Source: an uncultured Planctomycetota bacterium (GTDB lineage Bacteria > Planctomycetota > Planctomycetia > Gemmatales > Gemmataceae). From it: DNA of 64,000 bases. Below the pieces are notes generated by a model. It saw nothing but the letters and a program-made list of their open reading frames with translations, ran no database searches and was not told the origin of the DNA. The stretch spans positions 1,088,001 through 1,152,000 of the forward strand of contig CAWKHF010000005.1 in assembly GCA_963849325.1 (NCBI GenBank), read 5' to 3'. The position numbers and the translations under genes are program-made. Numbering within the stretch: the stretch's first letter is position 1; every line of letters starts with the position of its first letter. Below are positions 38,004 to 48,271 of this stretch, piece by piece.

Positions 38004-38810
38004 TTAATACTTGGCCATCTGGGCCTCGTGCGCCGCTTCCTTCTTGCGCCCGAGCCGGTCGAGCACATCCTTGACGCCGTCCAGCAGCATGCGCAGGTCG
38101 CTGTTGATGGCGAGGAACTGCCAGCCTTCCTCGATGCGTGCCTGTGCTTCCTCGGAGCTGAAGCAGTGGACGCCGGCGGCGACGCCGTGCTTCTTGCAGG
38201 TTGCCAGGATGTGCTTCATCGCCTGGGCCGTGGCCTCGCCGCTGGGTGGTTTGCCGTCCTTGCTCCGCATACTGGCCGCCAGGTCGTTGGGTCCGACGAA
38301 GATGGCGTCGATGCCCGGCACGGAGAAAATGCTGTCGGCGTTCTCGACGGCCTGGATGTGCTCGCATTGCAGGACGACGAGCAGTTCGTCGTTGGCGCGG
38401 GCGAAGTAATCGACGGCGGTGCCGCCGAAGTTGAGGGCGTGAACGCTGCCGCCGACGCTGCGCGTTCCGAACGGCGGATACAGGACGGCACTGACGGCAT
38501 CCAGCGCTTCCTGCCGGCTGTTGACCATCGGCACGACGATGCCGTGTGCTCCGTTGTCCAGGGCGCGTTTGATGTTCTCGTGGCGGTTGGACGGCACCCG
38601 CGCCAGGGCGATGCAGCCGGCGTCGGCGATGGACGCGAACATGTGCGTGGCCGTCTCCCAATCGACCAGCGTATGCTCGATGTCCACGGTCAGCCAGGCG
38701 AAGCCGGCGCGGGCCAGGAAACGCGAGACGATGACGCTGCCCAACGACAGCCAGGTGCCGACGGACGGCTGGCCGGCCTTCAACGCTCGCTTGACGGGGT
38801 TGGCGCGCAT
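38004..38810 (-). CDS. HpcH/HpaI aldolase family
   Basis: VDIEH, KRALDNGAHGIVVPMV, YPPFGTR and DAIFVGPNDL. Confidence 0.9.
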   Translation of the reverse strand: MRANPVKRALKAGQPSVGTWLSLGSVIVSRFLARAGFAWLTVDIEHTLVDWETATHMFASIADAGCIALARVPSNRHENIKRALDNGAHGIVVPMVNSRQEALDAVSAVLYPPFGTRSVGGSVHALNFGGTAVDYFARANDELLVVLQCEHIQAVENADSIFSVPGIDAIFVGPNDLAASMRSKDGKPPSGEATAQAMKHILATCKKHGVAAGVHCFSSEEAQARIEEGWQFLAINSDLRMLLDGVKDVLDRLGRKKEAAHEAQMAKY

Positions 38811-38852
38811 GGTGTTCTCCTCGGGGCCGTCGGCGACGGCGGCTGGGGTGGA

Positions 38853-39041
38853 TCAATCTTCCTCGAAGCGGCGCCGCGGCCGATAGGCCGGTTTGCGCCG
38901 CGGCGGCGGCTTGGTGTGGCTGCCGTGCGGTTCATCCTCCTCGACGGAGGCCATGTCGTCCTCATCGTGGAAATGAGGATCTTCGTACTCCTTGTGGAGA
39001 CGCGGCCTGGGCGTCTCCGGGGTTGGTGGCGAGTCGCTCAT
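38853..39041 (-). CDS. Small charged hypothetical protein
   Basis: MSDSPPTPETPRPRLHKEYEDPHFHDEDD...; SD GAGG. Confidence 0.5.
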   Translation of the reverse strand: MSDSPPTPETPRPRLHKEYEDPHFHDEDDMASVEEDEPHGSHTKPPPRRKPAYRPRRRFEED

Positions 39042-39222
39042 GTGCCTGTTCCTCGCGGCGAACCTCGATGGCTGGCCCCTCAAGGGCATGAACGAATAAC
39101 CTGCCGCAATTATACGACCTCGCCACGGCGCCGCGCAGGGGTGGTCCTCCGAAGTGTCCTGTCTTCGCCGACCCCGCTCGGACGGCCTCTCCCCGCTATA
39201 ATGGTCCAGGGAGGTGACGCCG

Positions 39223-39465
39223 ATGCAAACCGCTTTGCGGATGGAAACCACGGTCCTGCCGGGCCATCGTCTCGAACTCAGCGCCCCGGAACTACCCGAA
39301 GGGGCCAAGGTCGAGGTCATCGTTATCTTGCCGGAGAAACCGTCGCCGCGCCGGATGTCCATGCTGGAATTTGTGGAATCGTTACCGCCGGGGCCTCGGG
39401 CCTTTCCCACCTGGGAGGAGTACGAAAGGCACTTGCAGGAGGAGAAAGATGCATGGGAGCGCTAA
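39223..39465 (+). CDS. Putative antitoxin (VapB-like)
   Basis: TTVLPGHRLE...GAKVEVIV...LQEEKDAWER; TATAAT and SD GGAGG upstream; overlaps the PIN gene. Confidence 0.7.
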   Translation: MQTALRMETTVLPGHRLELSAPELPEGAKVEVIVILPEKPSPRRMSMLEFVESLPPGPRAFPTWEEYERHLQEEKDAWER

Positions 39466-39896
39466 ACCTGCCTGCTTCCGGCCTGGTTTATCTCGACGCC
39501 AACCCGATCATCTACACCGTGGAGAAACATCCCGTTTACGGGCCGCTGCTTCAATCGTTGTGGCAGGCCGCCCAGGCCAAGACCATCGAAGTAATCAGCA
39601 GCGAGCTGGCGCTCATGGAGACCCTGGTTGGTCCGTTAAAAAACGGCAATACCATCCAGGAGCGCCAGTATGAACAGGCGCTCCTGGGGACGGACATGCG
39701 TCTAATCCCCATCACACAAGCCATTCTGCGCGAAGCAGCCCGCTTGCGGGCAACCACCAAGCTGAGAACCCCTGACGCCCTGCACGCGGCCACAGCTCAG
39801 CAAGTAGGCTGCGTGCTCTTTGTCACCAACGATGCCGGCTTCCGGGGCCTGGCGGGTCTCCCTCTAGTGATTCTGGACGACTTGCGGACGCCTTGA
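39453..39896 (+). CDS. PIN-domain VapC toxin
   Basis: VYLDANPIIY, LRTPDALHAATA and FVTND. Confidence 0.88.
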   Translation: MGALNLPASGLVYLDANPIIYTVEKHPVYGPLLQSLWQAAQAKTIEVISSELALMETLVGPLKNGNTIQERQYEQALLGTDMRLIPITQAILREAARLRATTKLRTPDALHAATAQQVGCVLFVTNDAGFRGLAGLPLVILDDLRTP

Positions 39897-39913
39897 ACGC
39901 CCCGATGACGAAC

Positions 39914-40669
39914 TCACGTCAGCGTATTTCCCCCGTTTACGGACAGTTTTTGCCCGGTAATGAAGCGGGCGCCGTCGGAGGCGAGGAACGCCACCGCCTC
40001 GGCCACGTCGTCCGGCTCGCCCATGTGCTTCATCGGCACCAGCGCGGCGTAAGCGTCCTTCGACTCCTGCGAATCCTTGGCGTGGCGCTCCGTCGGAATC
40101 CAGCCCGGCGCGACGAGGTTCACCGTGATTTGCCAGGGGGCCAATTCCATCGCCCACGACCGCATCAGGCCGAGCTGCGCCCCCTTGGCCGATACGTAAT
40201 TCGAGAACTCCGGCACGCCGCGCTCGAACACTTCCGAGCCGATGTGAATGATCCGCCCATAGCGCCGTTCCTTCATCGACGGCAGCACGGCCCTGGCCAG
40301 CAGCACGGGACTTTTGACGAAGAACTCCAGCTGATCCAGACAGTGCCGCCAGGTCAGGTCGTCGAGGCGGATGAACGGCTGCGGTCCCGTGGCGTTGAGG
40401 ACCAGGATGTCGAGGGGGCCGAACGCCTTCGTCACCTGCGCCACCATGCCGGAGACGGCGGCCTCGTCGCGCACGTCGGCCTGGAAGACCTCGGCGCCGC
40501 CGCCGGCCTGGCGGACCTCGTCGAGTAACTGCCGGGCCTTTTGCGGACTACCGAAGTAGTTGATGGCCACCTGTGCGCCGCACGCCGCCAGCTTGCGAGC
40601 GATGGCCGCTCCCAGGCCGCGCGACGCTCCCGTTACCAGGGCCGTTTTTCCGCGTAAATCGTGTGTCAT
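39914..40669 (-). CDS. SDR family oxidoreductase
   Basis: VTGASRGLG, YVSAK, VNLVAPG and ITGQ.L.VNGG. Confidence 0.92.
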   Translation of the reverse strand: MTHDLRGKTALVTGASRGLGAAIARKLAACGAQVAINYFGSPQKARQLLDEVRQAGGGAEVFQADVRDEAAVSGMVAQVTKAFGPLDILVLNATGPQPFIRLDDLTWRHCLDQLEFFVKSPVLLARAVLPSMKERRYGRIIHIGSEVFERGVPEFSNYVSAKGAQLGLMRSWAMELAPWQITVNLVAPGWIPTERHAKDSQESKDAYAALVPMKHMGEPDDVAEAVAFLASDGARFITGQKLSVNGGNTLT

Positions 40670-40697
40670 TTCGGTATCCTTCACTGTGCAAATTCCT

Positions 40698-40754
40698 GAG
40701 CGGGGGCGTCAGCCCCCTGAGCGATGCGAACTCAGGGGGCTGACGCCCCCGCTC
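40698..40754. repeat. REP-like palindrome, family A
   Basis: GAGCGGGGGCGTCAGCCCCCTGAG / CTCAGGGGGCTGACGCCCCCGCTC. Confidence 0.85.
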
Positions 40755-41920
40755 AGGTCGTCAATGAGTCGCCGGTCTGCGTGCGACGCCGATACTGGCC
40801 GGGGGTCTGCCCGGTCTCGCGTTTGAAGACGACACTGAGATATTCGGGGTGTTCGTAGCCGGCCAACTCGGCGATGCGTTCCAGGGGCAAATCGGTCTCG
40901 GCCAGCAGCTGCTTGACACGCTTGAGCTGCACGGCGCGAATCTCGGCCTGGGGCGAACGGCCCAGATACTTGCGGAAGCGTCGTTCGAGGATGGTCCGCG
41001 ACAGCGGCACGTGCCGCAGTACTTCGTGTACCGTCACGCCGCGGCAGGCGTTCTCGCGGATGTAGCGCACGGCGAGGGCGATGTGCGGATCGTCGATGGC
41101 GAGAACGTCGGTGGATTGCCGCGTCGCCACGCCGAGTGGTTCAATGCACTCGTGCAGCCGTCGCGGTTTGGCGCCGGCCATCAGACGATCCAGCAGCGCC
41201 GCCGCCTCGTAGCCGACGCGCTCCGGGTTGGGCACCACGCTCGACAGCGGCGGATCGCACAATTCACAGAGCAACACATCATCGTCCACGCCGAGGACGG
41301 CGACTTCCTCCGGCACACTCAGACCGATGCGCTGACAGGCGTCGAGGACGTGCTGGCCGCGCGAGTCGTTGCAGGCGAAGACGCCCAGCGGGCGGGGCCG
41401 GTCGCGCAGCCAGTCGCCGATGCGCGACTGCTCCAGTTCCCACGGATGGGCGTGCCGTCCGCCCCACGGCGATTCGTACACCGCGCAGTTCGGCCCGGCC
41501 ACGCCCAGCGCCTGCCGAAACCCTTCCAGGCGTTGCCGCGACCAGGCGTGGCCGGTGAAGCCGCACGCCGCGAAGTGACGAAAGCCGCGCTCCAGCAAAT
41601 GCTCGGCGGCCAGAACGTCCGATGGCCCCATGGTCCGACTCGATCTGCGGCAGTCCCAGGCCGGCATGCACGTCATTGAGGTTGACGACCGGGATGCGTT
41701 TCTTGCGCAGCAGCTCGGCCAACGGCGGATCGGTCATCCGGCTGATGATGCCGTCGCCGCGCCAGTCCTTGAGCCAGCTCGGCGGAGCGGCCCCCAGCTC
41801 GCGCAGCTCCAGAAAGACCGACCACGGTTGATGCGAGCGCAGGTAACGGATGATGCCGCGCAGGATCTGCCGGCCGTAGATCTGCGAGGTTTCCACCATC
41901 AGAGCGACGTGAGGCCGCAT
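40753..41920 (-). CDS. XylR-type regulator (LacI-like sensor plus AraC HTH), frameshift near 41620
   Basis: YGRQILRGI, VPEEVAVLGVD, RQSTDVLA, LERRF and FKRETGQTPGQYR. Confidence 0.9.
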
Positions 41921-42459
41921 AACGGATCCTGCCTCTTTTCCGACGCTTCACGCCATCCGTCGTTACCACTCCTATTGTGGCCCCAGAGGCAACCATTCTC
42001 AACCCGATTGTCCGCCCGTCGTTCTCTTCTCGGTCGTACCAATGTCGGCGCGTTGAGGAGGCAGGCAAAGGAACTCAAAACGAATACGCTGATTCTCATG
42101 GACAGGCCCACAACGCGACGTTAACGTAAGGTCAAGAGCGTAGAAAGGATCGTCCCTTCGCGGCGAATCGGCACGGTTTTTGAATATTAATTAACCGTTG
42201 CGCCCATCCGAAAGGTAGGGGACCGCTCACGCCGCCCCGCTCGCCTTATCCGGTTGGATAAATCCATGCAAGATTCGGGTACGGACCCGATACTTGATAT
42301 AGGGGAGGAAAGCAAGGTGGACGCATTTCCCCTGCTGGCCGCGCTCAACCATCGGGAGCAAGGGCACGCATGGAACGGCCCATGCCTTTTCTTGCGCGAG
42401 AATTCCATCCTGTTTTTTCTTGTCCGTCTTTTCTTGTTTCTTTTCCAAGGAGTCTCGTG

Positions 42460-43338
42460 ATGTTTCAATTGCCTTTCGGGAAACGCTCGCGTGGCTTCAC
42501 GCTGATTGAGCTGCTGGTGGTGATCGCCATCATCGCCATCCTCATCGGTTTGCTTCTGCCGGCGGTGCAAAAGGTCCGCGAGGCCGCTGCACGCACCCAG
42601 GGCGTCAACAACCTCAAACAGCTGGGCCTGGGTATGCAGAACCACCACGATACGCTCAACTGTCTGCCCGACGCGGGTTCGGGCCAAGGTGTTTGGCCCA
42701 CCGCCCTGCTCATGGGTACGGCGCAGCCGGGGCCTTGGTGCTACCAGATCCTGCCTTTCATCGAGCAACAGAATCTCTGGCAGAATTGGGTGACCGGGAA
42801 AAATAATCCGGGGATTGGGGTAAAAGTGTTCATGGACCCCGGCCGCGGACGGCCCGCGACGGATAGCAATGGCTACGCCCGCACGGATTACGCTATCAAC
42901 AGCACGCCCTGGTTTCCTGGCGTCGGCGGTGCCCAGGGGCCGACCGTCAACACGAGCTGTACCGGGGGCAACGTCCACTCCAAGTCGCCCCTGACCCTGA
43001 TGGGCATCCCGGACGGAACCTCGACCACGATGTTCCTGGGAGAGAAAGCGGTGCCCTCCACTGCCTATAACAACAACGTGGGCAACTGGGACGACTCCGC
43101 CTTCCAGTCCTACGGGGGCGACCAGCGCAATGGGATTTACAGCTTCCAGGACAATGCCTATAAGGTTCCTCTTTATGGAACCTGCAACGGCGGCCCGTGG
43201 TGGGGTGCGCCCTACTCCGGCGGCTTCCCGATCGGCATGTACGATGGCAGTGTGCGCATGATGCAGTACGATGCGAGCGCCGGCTACCTCCAGGCTCTCC
43301 TCACCTCCAACGCGGGTGACATCTACACGGGTCCATGA
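42460..43338 (+). CDS. DUF1559 prepilin-type N-methylation protein
   Basis: [46 protein letters not shown] and DGSVR. Confidence 0.93.
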   Translation: MFQLPFGKRSRGFTLIELLVVIAIIAILIGLLLPAVQKVREAAARTQGVNNLKQLGLGMQNHHDTLNCLPDAGSGQGVWPTALLMGTAQPGPWCYQILPFIEQQNLWQNWVTGKNNPGIGVKVFMDPGRGRPATDSNGYARTDYAINSTPWFPGVGGAQGPTVNTSCTGGNVHSKSPLTLMGIPDGTSTTMFLGEKAVPSTAYNNNVGNWDDSAFQSYGGDQRNGIYSFQDNAYKVPLYGTCNGGPWWGAPYSGGFPIGMYDGSVRMMQYDASAGYLQALLTSNAGDIYTGP

Positions 43339-43362
43339 TCCGAGCTTCGGCGCAGGAAACGA

Positions 43363-43447
43363 ACCGAGCCGCGACCGTAACCGAGCCGCGACCGTCAGGG
43401 AGCGGAGGAAAGCTCACTCCTCCGCTCCCTGACGGTCGCGGCTCGGT
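43363..43447. repeat. REP-like palindrome, family C, with a duplicated left end
   Basis: ACCGAGCCGCGACCGT repeated twice, then GGGAGCGGAGG / CCTCCGCTCCCTGACGGTCGCGGCTCGG. Confidence 0.85.
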
Positions 43448-43592
43448 TCTCGTGGGGTCATGGTCTCCCGTCAGCCGCAAACGATCTCAAGAAAAGTACG
43501 TCGATTCTCATGGCGTAGTCCCCGGCGCGGCTGTATGGTAAAGAGGTGCCCTGCCGGAACCTCCCGCCTGGCGTCGCATTGGAATAGGCTCC

Positions 43593-46112
43593 ATGACACG
43601 AGTTCATTTTCTCCGCCGCGTAGGTGGCGGCGGCCGACTTCTCGGATGGTTGGCCGGTTCGCTGCTGCTGGCGGCGACGGTGCGCGGGGCGGATCCGGCG
43701 GCGCAACCGTCTGGGGAGGCGCTGCGTTTCTTCGAGTTGCGCGTTCGTCCGGTGCTGGTGGACCACTGTTACAAGTGTCACGCCGACAAGAAACAGCGCG
43801 GCGGTCTACGCCTGGATTCGCGCGACGCCTTGATGACCGGCGGCGATCAGGGCGCGGCGATCGTGCCGGGCAAGCCCGACGATAGTTTGCTCCTCAAGGC
43901 CGTGCGCCACGAGGACGAACTGAAAATGCCGCCCTCGAAGAAACTGACGAAAGAACAGATCGCCGACCTGACGCAGTGGGTGAAGATGGGCGCGCCCTGG
44001 CCGACAGGAGGCGCGAGCGCTCCGGTCACAGGCAAGCGCGAATTCCAGATCGGCGAGCGCGAGCGCGCTCACTGGGCGTTCCAGCCGGTCCAGCAGCCGG
44101 CGATACCGGCCGTCAAGGATCGGGGATGGGTGGCCAACCCCATCGATGCCTTCCTCCTGGCGAAGCTCGAAGCGAAAGGTTTTTCGCCCAATCCGCCGGC
44201 GACGAAGCGACAACTGATTCGGCGAGTCTACTACGACCTGACGGGAATGCCGCCGACGCCGCGCGAGGTCGAGGAGTTTGTCGCCGACCCGTCGCCGCGT
44301 GCCTACGAGGAGCGGATTGATCGACTGCTGGCCTCGCCGCACTACGGCGAGAAGTGGGGCCGTCACTGGCTCGACCTGGTGCGCTTCGCCGAGACCAACA
44401 GTTACGAACGCGACGGCCGCAAGCCCAACGCCTGGCGCTACCGCGATTACGTCATCCGCTCGTTCAACGACGACAAACCCTATGACCGCTTCCTTCGCGA
44501 ACAACTGGCCGGCGACGAGATGCCCGACGGCGGGACGGACGGTCTGATCGCCACCGGCTACTATCGTCTGGGCATCTGGGACGACGAACCGACCGACCGC
44601 GAACAAGCTCGCTACGATGGACTGGACGACATCGTGGCGACGACGGGGCAAGTCTTTCTCGGGCTGACCGTCGATTGCGCTCGCTGCCACGATCACAAGA
44701 TCGATCCGATTCCGCAGAAGGATTACTATCGGCTGCTGTCGTTCTTCCACAACATCAATCCCTACCGCAACGGCGGACCCACCGATGAGGCGCTGATCGA
44801 AGCCGATCCGGTCGGCAAGCGCGCCTACGAGGACCGGGTCCGCGCCCACGAGCAGAGGCGCGAGGAACTGCAAGCTGCCCTGGCCGTGTTCGAGACGGAT
44901 TTCCGCAAGCTCTACGAGCAGGTCCACGGCGGGAGCGTCGCGTCGAACGACTTGTCGAGCCGGATCGATGCCGAAGGCGCGAAGTTACTCGGCGACGAGC
45001 GTTTTCGGCATTACCGCGAGCAGCGGCGCGAGCTGCGAACGCTGTTGCGGACGAAGGTGGCCGGCGAAATGGCCCTGTGCGTCACCGAGTCCGGTTCGCG
45101 GGCGCCGGACACGTTCGTCCTCGTCCGCGGCAATCCGCACGTCCAGGGCGACAAGGTCGAACCGGCTTTCCCCGTCGTCCTCGGCGGCGTCCGTCCGGTC
45201 CTTCCGCCGCCGCCGCCCGAGGCGAAAACGACCGGCCGCCGTCGCGTGTTGGCCGACTGGATGGTGTCGCCGGACAATCCGCTGACCGCTCGCGTCATGG
45301 TCAACCGCATCTGGCAATACCACTTCGGCCGCGGCATCGTCCGTTCGTCGAGCAACTTCGGTCTGCAAGGCGACAGACCGACGCATCCCGAACTGCTCGA
45401 CTGGTTGGCCGACGAATTCGTGCGTCGCGGCTGGAGCCTGAAAACCCTGCACCGGCTCATCCTCACGTCGAGCGCCTATCGCATGTCGTCGCGGACCAAT
45501 GACAAGACATTGTCAGCCGATCCGGCGAACGATCTCTTCGGACGTTTCGACATGCGCCGCCTGACGGCCGAGGAGGTCCGCGACTCGATCCTGGCGTTGA
45601 GCGGCACGCTGAACCGCAAGATGTACGGACCCGGCGTGTACACGGCGATCCCGCGCGAAGTGCTGGCCGGGCAATCGATGCCGGGCAACGGCTGGGGCCA
45701 ATCGCCCTTCGAGGAGGAGTGCCGCCGCAGTGTCTACGTCCACGTCAAACGCTCGCTGTTGACACCGATCCTCGAAAGCTTCGACGCGGGCGAGACGGAT
45801 CGCTCCACGCCGGTGCGCTTCGTCACGACGCAGCCGACGCAGGCGCTGGCACTGCTCAATGGCGACTTCGTCAACACACAGGCGGGTCTGTTCGCCGACC
45901 GTCTCCGCCGCGAGGCCGGGTTCGATGTCCCGAAGCAGGTTCGCCTCGCCTTAACGTTGGCCACCACCCGGCCGCCCACAGACGACGAGATCCGCCGCGG
46001 CGTGGCCCTGATCGCCGACCTGCAAACGAGAGAGGGCATCGTTGCCGAGCAGGCGCTGAGATATTTCTGTCTGGTCGTGCTGAACTTGAACGAGTTAGTT
46101 TATCTGGATTGA
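43593..46112 (+). CDS. Planctomycete cytochrome c / DUF1549 / DUF1553 protein
   Basis: CYKCH, HWAF, YGEKWGRHWLD, CARCHDHK and NPLTARVMVNRIWQYHFGRG. Confidence 0.94.
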   Translation: MTRVHFLRRVGGGGRLLGWLAGSLLLAATVRGADPAAQPSGEALRFFELRVRPVLVDHCYKCHADKKQRGGLRLDSRDALMTGGDQGAAIVPGKPDDSLLLKAVRHEDELKMPPSKKLTKEQIADLTQWVKMGAPWPTGGASAPVTGKREFQIGERERAHWAFQPVQQPAIPAVKDRGWVANPIDAFLLAKLEAKGFSPNPPATKRQLIRRVYYDLTGMPPTPREVEEFVADPSPRAYEERIDRLLASPHYGEKWGRHWLDLVRFAETNSYERDGRKPNAWRYRDYVIRSFNDDKPYDRFLREQLAGDEMPDGGTDGLIATGYYRLGIWDDEPTDREQARYDGLDDIVATTGQVFLGLTVDCARCHDHKIDPIPQKDYYRLLSFFHNINPYRNGGPTDEALIEADPVGKRAYEDRVRAHEQRREELQAALAVFETDFRKLYEQVHGGSVASNDLSSRIDAEGAKLLGDERFRHYREQRRELRTLLRTKVAGEMALCVTESGSRAPDTFVLVRGNPHVQGDKVEPAFPVVLGGVRPVLPPPPPEAKTTGRRRVLADWMVSPDNPLTARVMVNRIWQYHFGRGIVRSSSNFGLQGDRPTHPELLDWLADEFVRRGWSLKTLHRLILTSSAYRMSSRTNDKTLSADPANDLFGRFDMRRLTAEEVRDSILALSGTLNRKMYGPGVYTAIPREVLAGQSMPGNGWGQSPFEEECRRSVYVHVKRSLLTPILESFDAGETDRSTPVRFVTTQPTQALALLNGDFVNTQAGLFADRLRREAGFDVPKQVRLALTLATTRPPTDDEIRRGVALIADLQTREGIVAEQALRYFCLVVLNLNELVYLD

Positions 46113-46135
46113 GACAAAGAAAAGCGTAACCGGCT

Positions 46136-46432
46136 GTGCCAACCGATGCGGAGATCATCGCGGGTATTCAAGCTCCTGGCAGGTATAATGCCCATACCGG
46201 ATCGGAAGCCGAAGCGCGCCGACTGCTACAACAAGCCATGCCCGATGCGATCGAACTTCCTCTCGCAACGTCGGGGCAAGCCTATCCGAATCCGCCACGA
46301 GGTTGCAAGAAATGGTATCAGCGGCATCCACCGGAACCTAGCGTCGGCCATGACCGACCGCACTTCAAGTACGCGGACTGGACGCGCGGCAAGAAGGGAA
46401 GAGGAGGAAGCTGGGGGCACATCGAGTTCTAA
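46136..46432 (+). CDS. Small hypothetical protein, possible orphan toxin domain
   Basis: 98 aa, His-rich C-terminal HPPEP..GHDRPHFKY...WGHIEF. Confidence 0.5.
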   Translation: MPTDAEIIAGIQAPGRYNAHTGSEAEARRLLQQAMPDAIELPLATSGQAYPNPPRGCKKWYQRHPPEPSVGHDRPHFKYADWTRGKKGRGGSWGHIEF

Positions 46433-46477
46433 CTCATCGGGTCGAGGAATGAGGGGAGGAATGGAGGAGGTGCCATT

Positions 46478-46720
46478 ATGTCCTACGCGCTTGAAGTGTA
46501 TTACCGACCGCCCGCTGACCCAAACAAAGAAACGGCACTGCTGGTATGTATCGCGGAGCTTGGCGGGCGATTGGACTATCGAGAGGAGCCGAACGGCAAA
46601 CCTCGGGAGAGTATTTGCCTGACCTACGAATTCGATGATTTCGACCAGGCCGCCGCTGCCGCCGAGTGCTTGCGTCAACGGGGAGAGTACGTGGAAGGGC
46701 CACAAGACTACGGTCCCTGA
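46478..46720 (+). CDS. Small acidic hypothetical protein, possible immunity protein
   Basis: 80 aa; strong SD GGAGGT. Confidence 0.6.
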   Translation: MSYALEVYYRPPADPNKETALLVCIAELGGRLDYREEPNGKPRESICLTYEFDDFDQAAAAAECLRQRGEYVEGPQDYGP

Positions 46721-46785
46721 TCGAGTTCGTGGAAAACCGGGCCTGGTAATGCGAATCGCTTGAACGAGACGATGGGAGACCGATC

Positions 46786-48271
46786 ATGACGGGTTCTTCT
46801 CCGACTTCATCCCGAACCGCTCCGGCGTTCTGCCGTCGCACCCGACGTGAATTCCTCTGGGAAGCCGGCGCCGGTTTCACCGGCCTCGCCTTGACGGGAT
46901 TGATGTCGCTGGATGGCTTCTTCGCCAATCAGGCCATCGCCGCCGACGGCGTCACGAAGTTCGGCAACCCCCTCGCTCCCAAGAAAGCGCCGCGGCCGGC
47001 CAAGGCCAAAAGCGTGATCTTCCTGTTCATGTACGGCGGACCCAGCCAGGTCGATACCTTCGATTACAAGCCCAAGCTGTACGAACTGGACGGCAAGACG
47101 ATCCCGGTGAAAACGTTCGGTCGCGGCGGCCGCAAGAACCAGGGTCGCGTCGTCGGGCCGAAGTGGAAATTCAAGCAATATGGCCGATCCGGCAAGTGGG
47201 TCAGCGACCTGTTCCCGCACCTGGCAACGCGCGTCGATGACATCGCTTTTTTGCACTCGATGACGGCGGATTCGCCGATCCACGGCTCGGCGATGCTGCA
47301 AATGAACACGGGCAAGATCCTGTCCGGCAGTCCGTGCCTCGGTTCGTGGGTCAACTACGGACTGGGCAGCGTCAACGAAAATCTGCCCGGCTTCGTCGTC
47401 ATGCTCGATCCGACCGGCGGTCCCATCAGCGGCGCCAAGAACTGGTCGAGCGGCTACATGCCGGCCAGTTACCAGGGAACCATCCTGCGCCTCGGCCGGC
47501 GCTCCGGTGTTGAACCTGCGTCGCCCCGACTGTATGAGTGAAGCCGCCCAGCGCCGCCTGCTCGACACGCTGCACGATTACAACGCCGAGCATCAGACGC
47601 CGCGCGCCGACAACAGCAACCTCGCCGCGCGCATCGCCAGCTACGAAATGGCCTTCAAGATGCAGCGGCACGCCCCCGAGGCGGTCGAGCTTGCCAAGGA
47701 AACCGAGGCGACGAAGGAGATGTATGGCCTGAACGACAAGCGAACGCGCGATTTCGGTACGCGCTGTCTGCTGGCCCGCCGTCTCGTCGAGCGCGGCGTC
47801 CGCTTCGTGCAGCTGTACGCGGGCGGCGCGCACAACGACGACAACTGGGACGCCCACGGCGACCTGGTGAAGAACCACACGTACCACGCCGGCCGCACCG
47901 ACAAGCCGATCGCGGCCCTGCTTCAGGATCTGAAACGTCGCGGCCTGCTCGACTCGACGCTGGTGATCTGGGGTGGCGAGTTCGGTCGCCAACCGACCGC
48001 CGAATACGCGATGGGCACCGGCCGCGATCACAACGCCTACGGCTTTACGATGTGGCTGGCCGGCGGCGGCATCAAAGGGGGCGTCAGCGTCGGCGAGACC
48101 GATGAACTCGGTTCTTCCGCCGTGGTCGATCGCCTGCATGTCAAGAACCTGCACGCCACCGTACTGACCCAGCTCGGCTTCGATCCGAACGGGTTGACGT
48201 ATTTCTACGGCGGACTCGATCAGAAGTTGGTCGGCGTCGAGGGGGCCGAGGCGATCCGACAGATTATTTGA
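46786..48271 (+). CDS. DUF1501 domain protein (frameshift near 47495)
   Basis: TRREFL, FLFMYGGPSQVDTFDYKP, WDAH, WGGEFGR and GRDHN. Confidence 0.92.

Noticed and set aside
38028-39896. 622-aa ORF ending in a PIN domain as a novel fusion
   Set aside because: The upstream part is antisense to the aldolase; the real VapC starts at 39453, coupled to its antitoxin.
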